Positions 45,421 to 60,935 of a stretch of DNA of 64,000 nt are shown here, one piece after another. The DNA comes from the human T2T-CHM13v2.0 reference genome, Homo sapiens, in assembly GCF_009914755.1 (NCBI RefSeq), contig NC_060931.1, one strand, 5' to 3'. The translations under genes and the position numbers were made by a program. The notes under the pieces were generated by a model. That model saw only the letters and a program-made list of their open reading frames with translations, searched no databases and was not told where the DNA came from. Every line of letters begins with the position of its first letter. Within the stretch, counting starts at the first letter, position 1.

Positions 45421-45894
45421 CTGAGAGTTTTTAAGCCCTTTCTCCGTAAAAGATGATAGGGAAAGCTGGTGTCACACGTGGCAAAATTTAGACCTGTTTG
45501 GATATCTTTGCCTTCCCTCATTTCCATTCCATCTAACGGATTCCCCCACTTCACACTGCAACATTCACACTCCTGACCCAGTTCTCTCCTGCTCTGGATT
45601 TCCCCTTATTACCAGGGATATGTTCCTCCCCCTTTTGGTGGTTTGGTGAGAAGTGGTATCAAGCTCCATTTAAAGAGCCTAACTGAGTGCCATCAATTGC
45701 TGTTGTGTTTTCTACAATAAAGTGTAGAAAGCACTGACAGTTGTCAACAAGTTAACACTTAAATGGTAGTGTTTTCACAGAATTTGGTCCAGTATTGCAG
45801 AACTTCAGTGACAGAAGGGACTAAATTTAGAATATAGGCTAGATGAAGAATGTGGGGAATGTTTTACTGGCCTCTTATTTTTAAGAATGATTTT

Positions 45895-46221
<327 letters not shown>

Positions 46222-46561
46222 TAAGAATGATTTTCTCAATGGGAAATATTATTGTTATCATAATCATAAAACATATTCTGCGTTAGAAACCTTTGAAATA
46301 GCTCAGAAATTATTAATTTTTTTGTTTGTTTTGAAACTTCTAATACAAGGAAAGTAAGAGAGAAGAAGGCATGTTATCATCTCATTTTTTTCTTGGTTAG
46401 TCTCTTAAGAAATTTGAGTTATTTAAAATTCCTCATATTCTATAGTTGAGTTTCTGTTTATCGTTTATTCTATGTGTACTTATCTACGTGAGCTACTTCT
46501 ATAATTAATGTGCATAGTTTATTTATAATTATGTGGAATGTCATTTGATTCCTTTAAATAA

Positions 46562-46995
<434 letters not shown>

Positions 46996-47306
46996 TTCTT
47001 TTTTTTTTTTTTTTTTTTTTTTTGAGACAGAGTCCCACTCTGTCACCCAGGCTGTAGTGCAGTGGTGCGATCTTGGCTCACTGCAACCTTCGACTCCTGG
47101 ATTCAAGTGATTCTCTTGCCTCAGCCTCCTAAGCAGCTGGAATTACAGGTGCCTGCCATGAGGCAGGCTAATTTTTTTGTATTTTTAGTAGAGACGGGGT
47201 TTCGCCATGTTGGCCAGGCTGGTCTTGAACTCCTGATCTCAAGTGATCCACCCGCCTCGGCCTCCCAGAGTGCTGGGATTACAGCTGTAAGCCACCGTCC
47301 CTGGCC
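46996..47306 (-). mobile_element. AluS, directly adjacent to the AluY
   Basis: T25 tail followed by a dimeric Alu. Confidence 0.93.
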
Positions 47307-47749
47307 AGTGTTACTGCTTTTATCTACCAAGAGCTCTCATCCTGAGGCTCATGAAAGCTGTGGCATCCATCTGTCTGTCCATGTAGTATTGAAGCACTGT
47401 GGATTGTGAGGTGTGATTATCTGGTTGATTTTAAGACCTTTACCTCCATCTGTTATCTTCATGGAAGTACCAGAAGGACTTATGTTCCCCATTGCTGGAT
47501 ACCAAGTTATTTGGTTTATGCTCACCACTAAGTCTTCACAACAGTGAGGTAATTTCTGTCTTATTTTATATATGAGGAAAATGAGGGCCTGGAGAAGTTC
47601 AGTCATTCATCTGCCAAGATGTTAGTGACCCAGGATCAAGCAGAGGGTGACCATGTCCTCAAGGAGCTTGCTTCATTAAGGGGACACAGAGAAGTACCAT
47701 CTGGTTGGGAAGTTCTCTGGGGAAGGCATGCCTGAGTGCAGGGGGAAGG

Positions 47750-48103
47750 TGTTTTAGTCCTTTCCCACATTGCTATAAGGAAATACCCAAGACTGGGTAA
47801 CTTATAAAGAAAAGAGGTTTAGTTGATTCAACATGGCTAGGGAGGCCTCAGGAAAAGTACAATCATGGCAGAAAGCACCTCTTCACAGGGCAGTAGGAGA
47901 GAGAATGAGAGCCAGCAGGGGAAATGCCAGACACTTATAAAACCATCAGATCTCGTGAGAACTCACTATCATGAGAACAGCATGGGGGAAACTGCCCCCC
48001 ATGATTCAATTACTTCCCACTGGGTCCCTCCCATGACATGTGAGGATTATGGGCATTACAATTCAAGATAAGATTTGGGTAGGAACACAGCCAAACAGTA
48101 TCA
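47750..48103 (-). mobile_element. THE1 (C/D-like) solo LTR
   Basis: TGT...ttagtc start and ...ccaaacagtaTCA end; perfect 5-bp TSD GAAGG at 47745-47749 and 48104-48108. Confidence 0.92.
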
Positions 48104-50234
48104 GAAGGGAAGGAGGTTAGCTAGCAGGCAAGGAATCAGGGATGTGCCTGGGAAGGCTTTCCAGAAGAGCAATGCGTTTTTATGAACAAGTAAAAGGTAA
48201 TCACATTCAAAAAGGGCTGCTCTGCACAAGGCTCCCGGGTGAAGGTTCTGGCACACACAAAGGCATGACATAGGTCTTAGTCATTGCCTGCCACTCAAAA
48301 TCACCTGGGGAACTTGTTAAGGTACCAGTTTCTAGGCTTCCTTGAATTAAACAAATCTGATTTAAAACAAATCTGTAATAAGTTTTTGTTTGTTTGTTGA
48401 TTGTTTGAGGAGGAGTAGAGGGGTCACACAAAAAGATAACAGAATCCTATCATGACTTTTACTTATTTTCCTCCGAAAAAGATGCTGATATTGAAAAGGC
48501 AATGGTAGGAGAGTACATCTGCTTAAGGACAGAAATATGAAAACTCATAGTTCAGACGTATTCTTAGAAAGGCTTTGTGTGTGCATGCATTTGCGTTCCT
48601 GTTTTCTTTAATTGCATTGCTCATATGTTCCATTCATTTATTAATTTAACAATTATTTGTGAATCCACGGGCCAGGTATTTATAGAATAGTGCTGCTTAC
48701 CAAATTGTCCTTAGCTTTTATGAAGCCAGAATATTCTTTAAAACAGAAAAGTAAGTAAATTATAACTAATTTCTCTAAGGCAAATATTTCAGTGTGCTTT
48801 TGAGATTATTTTTATGCTAATAATAATTATACATTTTTATCCAAATAGCCTAACAACTGGGCAGAAGATTAATCTAATTTGAAAAAACTCAATATTGTTT
48901 GATGAAAACAAATGAGATCATCAGGAGTCAAACAGATGGTTTTGGCAGCTTTTCTGTATTTACTTGGACTGAAAATCACCCTTTAATGTAGGGTTCTTTC
49001 ATGAACAATAATGTGTTTGTTATCTGAATATATGTTTGCTATTAGTAGATCATAAATGAATAAGGTGTGTTTCAGACATTTATAGGTCAAGTTCCATCTT
49101 CTTTCCTCATATAGAGCATGAAATATTAATTGTCCACAAGAGTTTGATGAAGGATTGAAAAAAAAGTCTTTCATTTGTCAAGTGGGGTTTATTTTCCATA
49201 ACCTTTTCTTGTCTTTGATTTTTCTGTGTTTTGTCTTGTTTTTCTATGGGTTATGATCCCATGGGTTGCATTTTTTAATAGTTTAACTTTTATATTTGAT
49301 TTTTAAAATCCTGTGATGTCTCATGAAGAGAAAAAGGCAAAATATAAATATTTGCACATCAATTTCCAAAATGAGGTCAACTGCCCTAGGTTCTGATAAA
49401 TAAGAATTAAAGAGCAAAACATGCATTGTGAAATTTAAGAGAATTGAGCTCATGTCTGTAGACCAATTACTGACCAATGTAAAGGGGGACTATGAATAAT
49501 GGTAATAGATTAAGCATTATTAATTATAGGTTGCCTTTTGTATAGTATAAGGTTATGAATAAGGGACCTCTCCTCAGTGCTGCTTCGAGAATGACCTGGA
49601 AGATGATCATGGCTTTCAGAATATTGCTATGTGGTTGTTTCGGAGGGAGCCAGCTACTTACCATATATAGAAACAAACATTTAAAAAAACTCTTATATGA
49701 AAATAACGACACTTTCTGTGTTGACAGAGTGAATTGTTTTATTGTTGAAATGTTTTAAGATGGAAAGATTGAGTTAGCCATGTGCCAGTCTGGTTGCTTA
49801 CTTTTAACCAAACTTAGTTTGGCAATCATTACCATGCATTGTCTGCTGCCCAAACAAAAGCGTGGTTCTTTCCTCAACCTCTGCTTTCCTTTCTTTTAGA
49901 CATGGCCAAATTCTCTGGTAGTTATTATATCTAATCAGCCTGGATGCTATTTGCCCCAGGTTTTGCCTCCCAAATAAGAAATGAGTTGCCTTCCCCTAAA
50001 AGGTCTGCTAATCATGTAAACTACACTGTGAAAGATTTTAGAGAATACTTTGGAAGAGAAGACAATCCTCCAATCTTAGGCTTTCAGAGATAGAGTTGTG
50101 TTCAGACCTGAGGTGGTGGTGATTACTCTTCTGATTTAGCAGATGGGAAAACTTATATGATGAGAGAGATTGTACAAATGCTCAGAGGCAGAGGGGGTCT
50201 TCTGACTCCCACTGTCCCATTCTTGCTTGGCATA

Positions 50235-50610
50235 TAATGTGGTTTGTCTCTGTGTCCCCACCCAAATCTCATGTTGAATTGGTCTTCAGTGTTGGAGGAG
50301 GCACCTGGTGGGAGGTGATTGGATCATGAAGGTGATTTCCCACTTACTGTTCTCACGATAGTGAGTGAGTTCTCACCAGATCTGGTTTAAAATTGTGTGG
50401 CACTTCTCCCTTTGTTCTGTCTCCTGCTGGCCATGTGAAGATGGTGCCTGCTTCCTCTTTGCCTTCCGCCATGATCGTAAGTTTCCTAAGGCCTTCCCAG
50501 CCATGCCTTCTGTACAGCCAGAGGAACTGTAAGTGAATTAAAACTCTTTTCTTTATAAACTACCCAGTCTTAGGTATTTCTTTATAGTAATGTGGGAATG
50601 GACTAATACA
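50235..50610 (+). mobile_element. MSTA-like MaLR solo LTR
   Basis: ctgtgtccccacccaaatctcatgttgaatt...ctggtgggaggtgattggatcatg...ggactaataca. Confidence 0.9.
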
Positions 50611-52105
50611 GTATCATACTGCCTGTGAGATAAGCAGGAAGGAGGAGAGATGAGTTGTGATGGCTCTAGAGATAAACAAGAGAGAAAGTGAGAGAGAGAG
50701 AGAGAGAGAGAAATGAACTCGGCAGTTCTTCACCCGGGCACAGCCCCCTTCTCCCTCCAGGACTGATTATAGTCTGGGTGGACCAACAATTTGAAAGAAA
50801 GTATGTAGGCAGAGAGGCTTTTGGAGGTGACTGACAACATGTAGCTTAGGAACCAGTGGCTTTTCTTACTAATTGTCCTTTATCTGGGAACCCTCAACTC
50901 AATTTTTTTTTTCCTCACTAGTACTCATGACTGCTTATTACTGCAGCAGTGTTCCAGTGAGACAATTGAGATGAGCTTTGTTCTTATGTGTGTATGTGTG
51001 TGCTTGGCTGCATACAATATCTTAAATAGGTCATGCAATTACACACTTAAAAGCACCCAAAAATATCTACAGTAAAAGTAAGTTTCCCTCCCACTCTTAA
51101 CCCCAGCGACTTTGTCCTGGAGACAATCTTTGTACCAGGTTCTTGGGATCCTTCCAGAGCCAGCCTCTGCATACTCTCTCTCTCTGTGTGCATGTTTCAT
51201 TTCTTTGTGTGTGTGTGTTTCATTTCTAACCAAATAGGAGTCTCTAGCTTTACTCTTAGCTAATTTAATGGTGAGACTCTAACCTGTAACTTAAAACATC
51301 TTTGGAGATTGCATTCCCTCCCCACCATTGAGCTACTCACTTCTAGTGCCACTGTGTTTTTTTTTTTCCCCATGATTTTGTGCTTAAGAGAATTTCTCAC
51401 ATGCTTCTTGATGAAAGTTGTTAGATTCTGGAATGCTTGCATAGATGTTTTAACCTATGCAGTTTAACTAATTTTATCCACCTGGCCTCAGAAATTTGAG
51501 TGGAGGTTGTTAATACGTTTTTCAAGACAAGAAAAAAACAAGACAAAAAAACAAGAGGGATTTCTTTCCCCTGCTCTTTTTCTCTAACCAAAAAAAGATG
51601 TATAAAATGTTACAATTCATAGATTGGCTACCCATAATATAAACCAGGCTATTTTGGCATTTCAATAAAAATGACCCTACTTGTCTAAAAGGACCTTGTT
51701 AACATTAAAATCATGCTTCACAAAAAGCTGTTTTTGTTGTTAAAATTAGTAAGGAAACTTAAAACAGAGATCAGCTTTCCTTGTCAAATTTATCTCAACC
51801 CATTTATTCCTGGGCTTTGTTTTTTAGATTTTGTAGACTTCTGGAAGGCAGTTTAAGGGGCAAGTTTGTGGTTGCCTTTAAGTTAGAAGATTAGATTTCT
51901 AGGGCTTGTTGTGGACTTCTGGTGGTTCCATTTTCACTTTCTAAAGTGGGCCAAGTTGCGAATGTTCCTGGCCATGGTGGAGGAGGGTGGTAGTTCTGGT
52001 CTCCCTGATGTCTCATATGCAAAGTGCCTGACAGCCATATCAGAATGGGGGTAGTCTCAGAGGCTCCCAGCCTCACAGAGCTTCCTTCTGCTGCTGATGG
52101 CCAGC

Positions 52106-52578
52106 GTACTAGTTTTCTATTGATAGACAACAAGCTATGACAAACTTAACGGCCTAAAATAACATCATTTATTAACCCACAGTTTCTGTGGGTTGGGGCT
52201 CTGGGCACAGCTTAGCTGGGTCTCTCAAGTCTGCAATTAAGATGTCATCCAGGGCTGGTCTCATCTGAGGCTCAGGGCCCTCTTCTAAGCTCACGTGGCT
52301 GTCGGCAGAATTCAGTTCCTGGCAGCTGCAGAGTGGCTTCCTTCTTTAAAGCCAGCAAGAGAGGACCTTTATGGCTTGTAGACCCTTTTTAAGGCTCACT
52401 TAGTAGGTCAGGCCCACTCAGGATAATAACTCAAGTTACACCTGCACAATTTCTGGTCACAGCCTAATCACGGGAGTGACATCCATCACATTCACAGGTT
52501 TTGCCCACACTCAAGGGAAGGATTGCACAAAGTAGGTGTATCAGGGGTTGGATACAGCTTAGAATTCTACCAACCATA
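52106..52578 (-). mobile_element. MLT1 (D/E-like) LTR
   Basis: cacagtttctgtgggt...cagcttagctggg...ggcagaattcagttcct...cttagaattctacc. Confidence 0.82.
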
Positions 52579-52629
52579 CCCAGAGCAGCTTTGGGACACA
52601 TGGTAAGTAGAAGCATCTATCGAGAATGA

Positions 52630-53102
<473 letters not shown>

Positions 53103-55252
53103 GGGAGGGTTTCTTCTGTTTCTCTCAATGTTTTATGCTCACTTCCTGCCATGGAATTTTGAACATACTCTAACCTTTGCTTGGAGTGCTTTTCTACCCT
53201 ATGTTGTAGAGCTGACTTTGACCCATTTTTTACATTTCACTTTGGACATTCTTTCCCGGCATCCATGGGTACTTGCTGTACAATTAAGTATCTTTTCTTC
53301 TTAACACTAACCTCAATTGTGATTCAGCATTTTGATTTTCCGGAACTCCTGCTGAACTGGAAGTTTTGGGAGGGTAGGGATGATAGTATTTTCAGCTCTG
53401 ATCACTGTGCCTGGTACAGACTGGCTGCCCCCTGAATATATGTTGGATAAAAGGGAATAAGAGAAAGATGGGAAAATTGGAACTAAGTTTCAATCTTCCT
53501 AGTTCAGCATGTGTCTCATGATGTCATGAGTGTATTTAGTGTAGTACTGTTGGCTCACATTAAATGTTTGCAACTGTTCCTGGCCATGGTGGAGGAGGGT
53601 GGTAGTTGAAGTTGAGTGAGAGTGATAGGGAGCGAATGAGAATGGATAAATAGGGATGAAAAATGACTGAATGTCTACCAACGAGTTCTAGGCCCTTGAT
53701 ATTTTATTGTTCCTTCTTTGAATTCCATAGAGGTTAAAAAAGATAATTAAAACCACCACAGCTTAAGTGTATTTTCATATGGTAGTGGCTGTAGTATAGT
53801 ATAGTACTAATAAACTTACTGATCACCTAAATGTAATTTTTAGTAGATCTTTCAATTTTTTGTGCAAAGCCACCAGTAATATTCTGCAATTAGGACTTCG
53901 GATTTCCAAGGTACCATAATTTTGATGTGATTATCTGCTTTCTTTTATAACATCATATAGAATGAACCTTTAATGTAGCTTTGGGTTTTCTGCAGCTGCT
54001 CTTAAAATGATTCTGCGTCTGCTTATAGCATACCTATCATGAAGAGTAAACTGCTCAGCACTTTAAGATGATTTTTCCCCCTCCTGTCTTATAGTATATT
54101 TCACTGTGAGAATAAAATCACAGTGATGCTTATCATCTCAAAGTGTTTTGGAACCAAAATATTCTTATCTCCTCTGAGGCTTCTAATGACATTGTTTCAT
54201 GGAGGGCCATAAAGCTGAGAGAATAAAGTGAGGTATTCTAGGTAGAAACTTGGGGTGCATCATCAGAAACCCTGGCAAAGGAATGATTTGACACCGAAGC
54301 CCCTGCAGTCTGTCTAGGTTCGCTTTTATTTGCTGCTTAAATTCAGCAACTCTGAAACTGAAAGTATGTCCATATATGTGACATGCATCTATTGAGGAAG
54401 ATGCATGAGTGTGCAGGCATCTGATTGTTATTTTAAAAATGATCATGATGCTGAATGGTAAATGTTCCCACTGGACTTTGATCAGAGAATACTCTTGTAG
54501 TTTCTTCAGAAGTTGATTCCTTTATTTTCTTTTTAGAATTAAATGTTCTATATTTCTTTTGGAGAGGAACCTCATCTTAGAGCTAATGTGTATTGACTTA
54601 GAAATCTGTCTGCTAGAGAGATTGATGTTTAACAAGACTAATATGATAATGAAGGTGAACAATGTACATTGGTATGTTCATGAACTTGAGTGCCTCCTTC
54701 TCTCAGTATGAGCTTATTTACATCAGAGCCAGCTAATTATGTTTCTAGTAGGTTGGTGGTTGGAGGGCTGAAGATGTTTATCTGCAGACATGCTTGGGCA
54801 TTGACTGGCTGATGCTGAACACATGAGGCAGTCCTCTGACTGTCGGAGAGTGTCCAGGCATTCTCCGAACCTGCACTGTGAGTTTTTAATATACTGGGTT
54901 CCGGGGACTGTGGCATGGCCACCTTGATGAGGCTGTGAATGAAGAAGCAAGGCAAACATCTTCAAACCTCCAGAGGCAAGGCCACACAGAGGAGCTGAAG
55001 GCAAAAGCCTGGCCTGGTTAATATATTCAGACATCTAGACAGGGAACTTCTAAGCCTTGCAGCCTGAGGATTGTATAATAGTCATAAAGACCCTCAGTTA
55101 TTTGAAGAATGAAGTGAAAAGAAGATAGGACTTGGAAGTAGATGGGGAATCAATTATTGACTCTGCCACTTCTAGTTACTTGACCTTGGCCGAGACATTT
55201 CTTTCAGAACCTTTGTTTTCCCCTCTGTATCATGCAGGGGCTGGACTAGATT

Positions 55253-55893
55253 AGTGGGTCCTGAACCTGCTTGTGTCTTGGAATTGCCAGGACTGCTTGT
55301 AAAATACTCAGATGCCTGAGCCCTACTCCAGACCAAATGAATCATAATCCCCAATGAGTGAGGCCCAGGCAACTGTGTTCTTTTTTATGGCGAGACACAC
55401 ATAACATAAAATTTACCATTTTGATCATTTTAAAATATACAATTTGATGGCATTAAGTACATTCACATTGTTGAGCAACCATTACCACTATCTATTTCTA
55501 GAACTTTTTCATCATCTCAAACTGAAACTCTATACCCATTAAACAATATCTTCTCTTTCTCTCCTCCCCTCAGCCCTTGGTAGCCTGCATTCCACTTTCT
55601 GTCTTTATGAATTTGCCTGTTCTAGGTACCGCATGTATGTGCAGTCAGACAATATTTGTCCTTTTGTGCCTGGCTTCTGTCACTTAGCATAATGTCTTCA
55701 AGGTTTATCCATGTTGTAGCGGGTATTAGAATTTTATTCCTTAAAAGGCTAGATAATAGCCCATGTATGAATATACTGCATTTTGTTTATCTACTCATTT
55801 GTTGATAGACATTTGTGTTGATTCCACTGGGCATCTATATTCTGAATTAGCCCCCTAGGTGGTTCTGATGTTCAGCAGGCTTGGGATCCCCTG
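55253..55893. mobile_element. MER5A-type element split by an L1
   Basis: cttgtaaaatactcagatgcctgagccctactccagacc...aggcccaggcaactgtg before the L1; cccctaggtggttctgatgttcagc...ttgggatcccctg after it. Confidence 0.7.
55383..55828 (-). mobile_element. L1MB-like 3' end
   Basis: cataacataaaatttaccatttt...ggcattaagtacattcacattgttg...cacttagcataatgtcttcaagg. Confidence 0.9.
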
Positions 55894-56654
55894 GAATGAA
55901 TGTTCTCCTGGTTAAATGATGTGTTGTATGTACCAAGTTTAGGAGAAGGAGAGCCAGACATAATGCCATAAACTGAAAATATGTGACTGTTGGTATGCTT
56001 AAGTATTTTTATCTAGGTATATGGGATTAACAGCATGACCTCTAATGCTAATAAAATACCCTAAACTCTACCTGAAAGTTCATGGTCTCCTGTTAGGAAG
56101 ATACAAGGTTTCACAGAGCCACTGGCGTCTAATGTTAAAATATATAGTACTTTAAACTGTGATGTGCTGAAGTGGTTATCTTCCCGGCACTGTTTTTGTT
56201 GATATCACATTAGTTGCCAGGAATGACCACGGTGGAAGTATTCATACCTTGGAAATCAGAATGCATTTCAAAGTCAGGGCTTTTTCCTCTTAGAGAGCTG
56301 GCTGTTAAATATGGGCAGCACACCACTGACTACAAGCCAGGTGCTTGATACTTCTCTTCTTTTTAACCAGAGTTACTAATGAAAGAAATATAATTTAAAA
56401 GTATAAGCCTTTGTTGATAAACTAAAATTCAGAAATCAATGGTTGCTCTGAGATTCAGGGAGTGCAGGAGGTTCCACTACAGCTCCCATGAGTGCCTGCT
56501 TTAATTCCAGCTTGGATGAGGTGTGGGCTTATGGTGTGGAGGTTTCTCCTCATTCCTTTCCCGGTGTGATCACATGGATCAGTAGCTGCTTTTCTTGACA
56601 GATATTTGGCAGTCTCTTCCACAGTTCCTGCCCATAGGTTAAGGCCTTTATCAA

Positions 56655-56951
<297 letters not shown>

Positions 56952-57434
56952 AAGGCCTTTATCAATTTTGTCCTGTTTTTAGAATGGGTGAATTTTTCTC
57001 TTTAATCACTTATCTACCCATGCTTCAAATGTAACAAAGAACCCCTCTGATCTCATGGCATGAAAGCAGAGGCAGCCACACAGACTTCCAGAAGACTCTG
57101 TACAACGTTGCGCTGTTGAATCAGACGTCTCTTCTGCTGGCTGCACAGTTCTAAAATCATCCCAAGCAAATGAGTCTCAGCTCAGACTTTCCAGCAAAGA
57201 GCCCAGGTAAAAGAGGTGGCAGATAGGAAGAAAAATATGGGTGCAGGAATGTGTGTTTTCACAGGCCCCCTAGGAATGCCCTTAGTCCTTGGACTACTCG
57301 TGGAAAAACGCTTCCCAAAAGTGTACTCAGCAAACATAGGCCGGCTTCATCCCACAGTGAAAGAGGCTTCTCAATGAGGCATAGATAAAGCCTGATATTT
57401 CCATATAAGTAATTTTTAAAATGGTCTAAAAAGC

Positions 57435-59545
57435 ACCTAGCAGGGGTATTTTGTAGACATAGACAAGCTTATTCTAAAATTTGCATAAAAAGGCAGAGGA
57501 CCTAGAATAGCTGAAACAATCTTGAAACACAAGAATACAGTGAGAGGAATCAGTCTACCCAATTTCAAAGCGTGTAGTACAGCTACAGTAATAAAGACAA
57601 AATGGCATAGACAGAAGGATGGACACACAGATCGGCGGAATAGAATGGGGAACCTGGACTAAGACAGAAATATATCCACCTGATTTTTAACAAAATGCCA
57701 AAACAATGTGATGGAAGAAGGCTAGCTTTTTAAACACATGGCACTGGAGCAGTGAGCTGTTCATAGACAGACAAACAAACAAACAAAAAACCACAAAAAA
57801 AAAAACACCTCACCTAAACTATACATCATATGATTAGGTCAAAATTAATCACAAACTTAAATGTGAAATGGAAAACTGTAAAACTCGTAGAAAACGTATG
57901 TAGGAGAATATGTGGGACCTAGAGCTAGGCAGAGTTTTCAGACTTGACACCAAAAGCACTGTTCATAAAAATGAAAAATTGATAAATTTACCTCATCAAT
58001 ATAACAATCATTTGTTCTATGGAAGCTTTGTGAGGACAACAAAAAATCTAATTAGAAATAGGCAAAAGATATGAAGAGACATTTCATCAGAGTATATACA
58101 GGTGGCAATGAAGCACATAAAAAGATGTTTAACATCATTAGCTATCAGGAAAATGCAGTTAAAACTACAATAAAATATTAATTCACCTATCAATATAGCT
58201 AAAAATGTAAACATCGAACCCTCGGACAACATGGGTTTGAACTCTGTGAGTCCACTCACATGCAGATCTTTTTCAATAAAAGTTATACCCAAGTGTCCCT
58301 GCCTCTCCTGTCTCCCCTTCCACCTCCTCTACCTCCTCCACTTTGTCCACCTCTTCCACCCCTGAGACAGCAAGACCAACCACTCCCCTTCCTCCACCTA
58401 CGTTAATGTGATGAGGATGAAGACGTGTGTGATTATCCACTTCTACTTAATGAATAATAAATACGTTTTCTCTTCCTTATGACTTTCTCAATAACATTTT
58501 CTTTTCTCTAGCTTACTTTAGTAAGAATACAGTGTATAATACACATAACATACAAAATATGTGTTAATCAACTATGTTATTGGTAAGGCTTCTGGTCAGC
58601 AGTAGGCTATTAGGTATGTTTTTGGGGAATGAAAAGTTATATTGAATTTTTGACTTCAAGAGGGTTGGTCAAGGGTCAACTGTAGAGTGATAACACCAAA
58701 TGCTGGCAAAGACGTGGAAAATCTCTCATACATTGCTGGTGAAAATGTCAAATGATTGTTTAGCCACCCTGGAAGTCAGTATGACAGTTTCTTAAAGAAC
58801 TAGACATAACACTTACCACATGACCCAGTAATTGCACTCTTGAGCATTTATGCCAGTGAAACAAAAACTTGTGTTCACATAGAATCCTGCTGTGATGAAT
58901 AAATGTTCATCACAGCTTTATTTGTAAAAGGTAAAAAACTGGAAACAACCCAGATGCCCTTCAGTAGGTGAGTGGTTAAACCAACTGTGGTATATCCATA
59001 CCAAGGAATGATATGGATACTCAGCAATAAAAAGGAACAAACAATTGATACATGCAACAACTTGGTTGGAGCTCAGAAGAATTATTCAGGTAGAAAAGAG
59101 TCAACCTCAAAAGGCTACATACTAGATGATCCCTTTAATATTCTGGAATAACAAAATTATAGAAATGGAGAGCTGACTAGTGATTGCCAGGGATTAGAGA
59201 CAGAAGCAAGAAGCAAACTGAGTGTTGCTATAAACGAATAGCCTGAGGGAGTCTTGTTGTGATAAAACAATTCTGTATGTTACGTGGTTACAAGAATGTA
59301 CACGTAATAAAACTGCACAGAAACACACACACACCCAGACAGACACAAATAAGTGTATGTAAAACTGGTAAAATCTGAATAAGCTTTGTAGATTGCACAA
59401 TTGTCAATTTCCTTGTTTTGCTGCTGTCCTGTAGTTATACAAGAGTTAACACTGGAGGAGGTTGAGCAAAGGGTGCATGGAACCTACCTGTATATTTGTT
59501 TGCACCTTTCTGTGAATCTATATTTCAGAATTAAAAATAAAAGAT
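57435..59545 (+). mobile_element. L1M (L1MD/MC-like) ORF2 remnant plus 3' UTR
   Basis: Decayed ORF2 peptide DKLILKFA*KGRGPRIAETILKHKNTVRGISLPNFK resembles L1 ORF2 ([32 protein letters not shown]); A-rich 3' end at ~59540. Confidence 0.88.
58210..58682. mobile_element. Tigger2a/MER28-like DNA transposon nested in L1
   Basis: caacatgggtttgaactctgtgagtccact...cctgagacagcaagaccaacc...caagggtcaactg; TA flanks. Confidence 0.85.
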
Positions 59546-60575
59546 AAAGAGTGATGGTGGAATATTTTTGACAATTTTTCCTGATGAGCCGTGAACACCC
59601 TAGTTAATCAACCAGAAAGTTTACATTAAGTAATATGTTTTCTAAAGTATAAAAATCATGCAGGATAATGCATTAGTGACACAGATGGTGTTTCATACGT
59701 GTGTTGTAGATAACACATTTATTCTTTACACTGTCACTGATGTCTTTGAAATTACTTTGAGGAGACGGAGGGTTCCATTCTTGACTTTTTGTCTATAGCC
59801 ACCGTAATTTTCCTTATGAGGTTGTTGGTTGTTTGTTGTCTTTAAATAAATCTTATTTTCTTAGGCTGCTACTATGCACCCCAGACTAGAAACATGTTCC
59901 TATTATGAAATGCATTAAGGGAGAAAAATCCTTGCTGCAACTTTTTATACGTCACCCACCTTTCTTGCATTTGCTCTCTTCTTAGCATAAACACTTCTAA
60001 ATATGGGAGTGCCTATTGCTCAGGGCTGAATCCCATTGCAAAACATGTTCTTATTATGAAAAATGTATGAATTCACCCTTAGATGTTTGAAGTTGATGCT
60101 TTGAGCCCTCATTATTTGTTGCTTCCTAATGTTGAAAGGCCCAAGGCTTAGCATAGTTGGTAGCCAAATGTAAACACATTTAGAACAGAGTTCAAACATA
60201 AATCCTCAACATCAGCTCTTACCACTCCAGCCACAAAATCTGCATGTAACCTTAAATACTGGCTTTGTACCACCGCTGGAACATCCTTTTAAAGTATCAT
60301 TGAAAGGCAGCATGCCATCTTCCCCAGAGACAACATTTTTACTACTGAAGCTATCACTTTCTGAGCTCCTTCTTTGTGTCTAGCACAACTCAAATAGTGA
60401 ATGGAACATGGCTTTTAGAGTAAGGCAGAAGAGTGGCCGTTTGTTCCCAAAGTAATTGCGCTTTTTTGAAGCTTGGTTCCCTCATTTCTAAATACTGGGG
60501 GTAAAATGTTATCTGTTGTGGAGTTAGATGTGCTACCTTTGGGTTATGAGGTCCTTGTTATGTGTTCTATAGTGC

Positions 60576-60935
60576 TAATATGGTTTGGCTCTGTGTCGCC
60601 ACCCAAATCTCACTTTGAATTGTGATAATCCCCATGTGTCAAGGGTGGGGCCAGGTGGAGATAATTGAATGGTGGGGGCAGTTTCCCTCATACTGTTCTC
60701 TCATGGTAGTGAATAAGTCTCACAAGATATGCTGGTTTTATAAAGAGGAGTTCCCCTGGACACGCTCTCTCTCCTGCCGCCATGTGAGAAGTCCTTTTGC
60801 TCTTCCTTCATCTTCCACCATAGTTGTGAGGCCTCCCCAGCCCTGTGGAACTGTGAGTCCATTAAACTTCTTTTCATTACACATTACCCAGTCTCGTGTA
60901 TGTCTTTATTAGCAGTGTGAGAACAGATTAATACA
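60576..60935 (+). mobile_element. THE1 (A/B-like) solo LTR inserted in a MIR
   Basis: TAATATGGTTTGGCTCTGTG start, ...agattaatACA end; perfect 5-bp TSD AGTGC at 60571-60575 and 60936-60940. Confidence 0.92.

Noticed and set aside
57435-59545. Sense L1 as an active or coding element
   Set aside because: 5'-truncated, has stops and frameshifts, and is interrupted by a Tigger element.
60830-60846. PRDM9 motif in the THE1A/B-like LTR
   Set aside because: Reads CCTCCCCAGCCCT, lacking the diagnostic T at position 7 and the final C.
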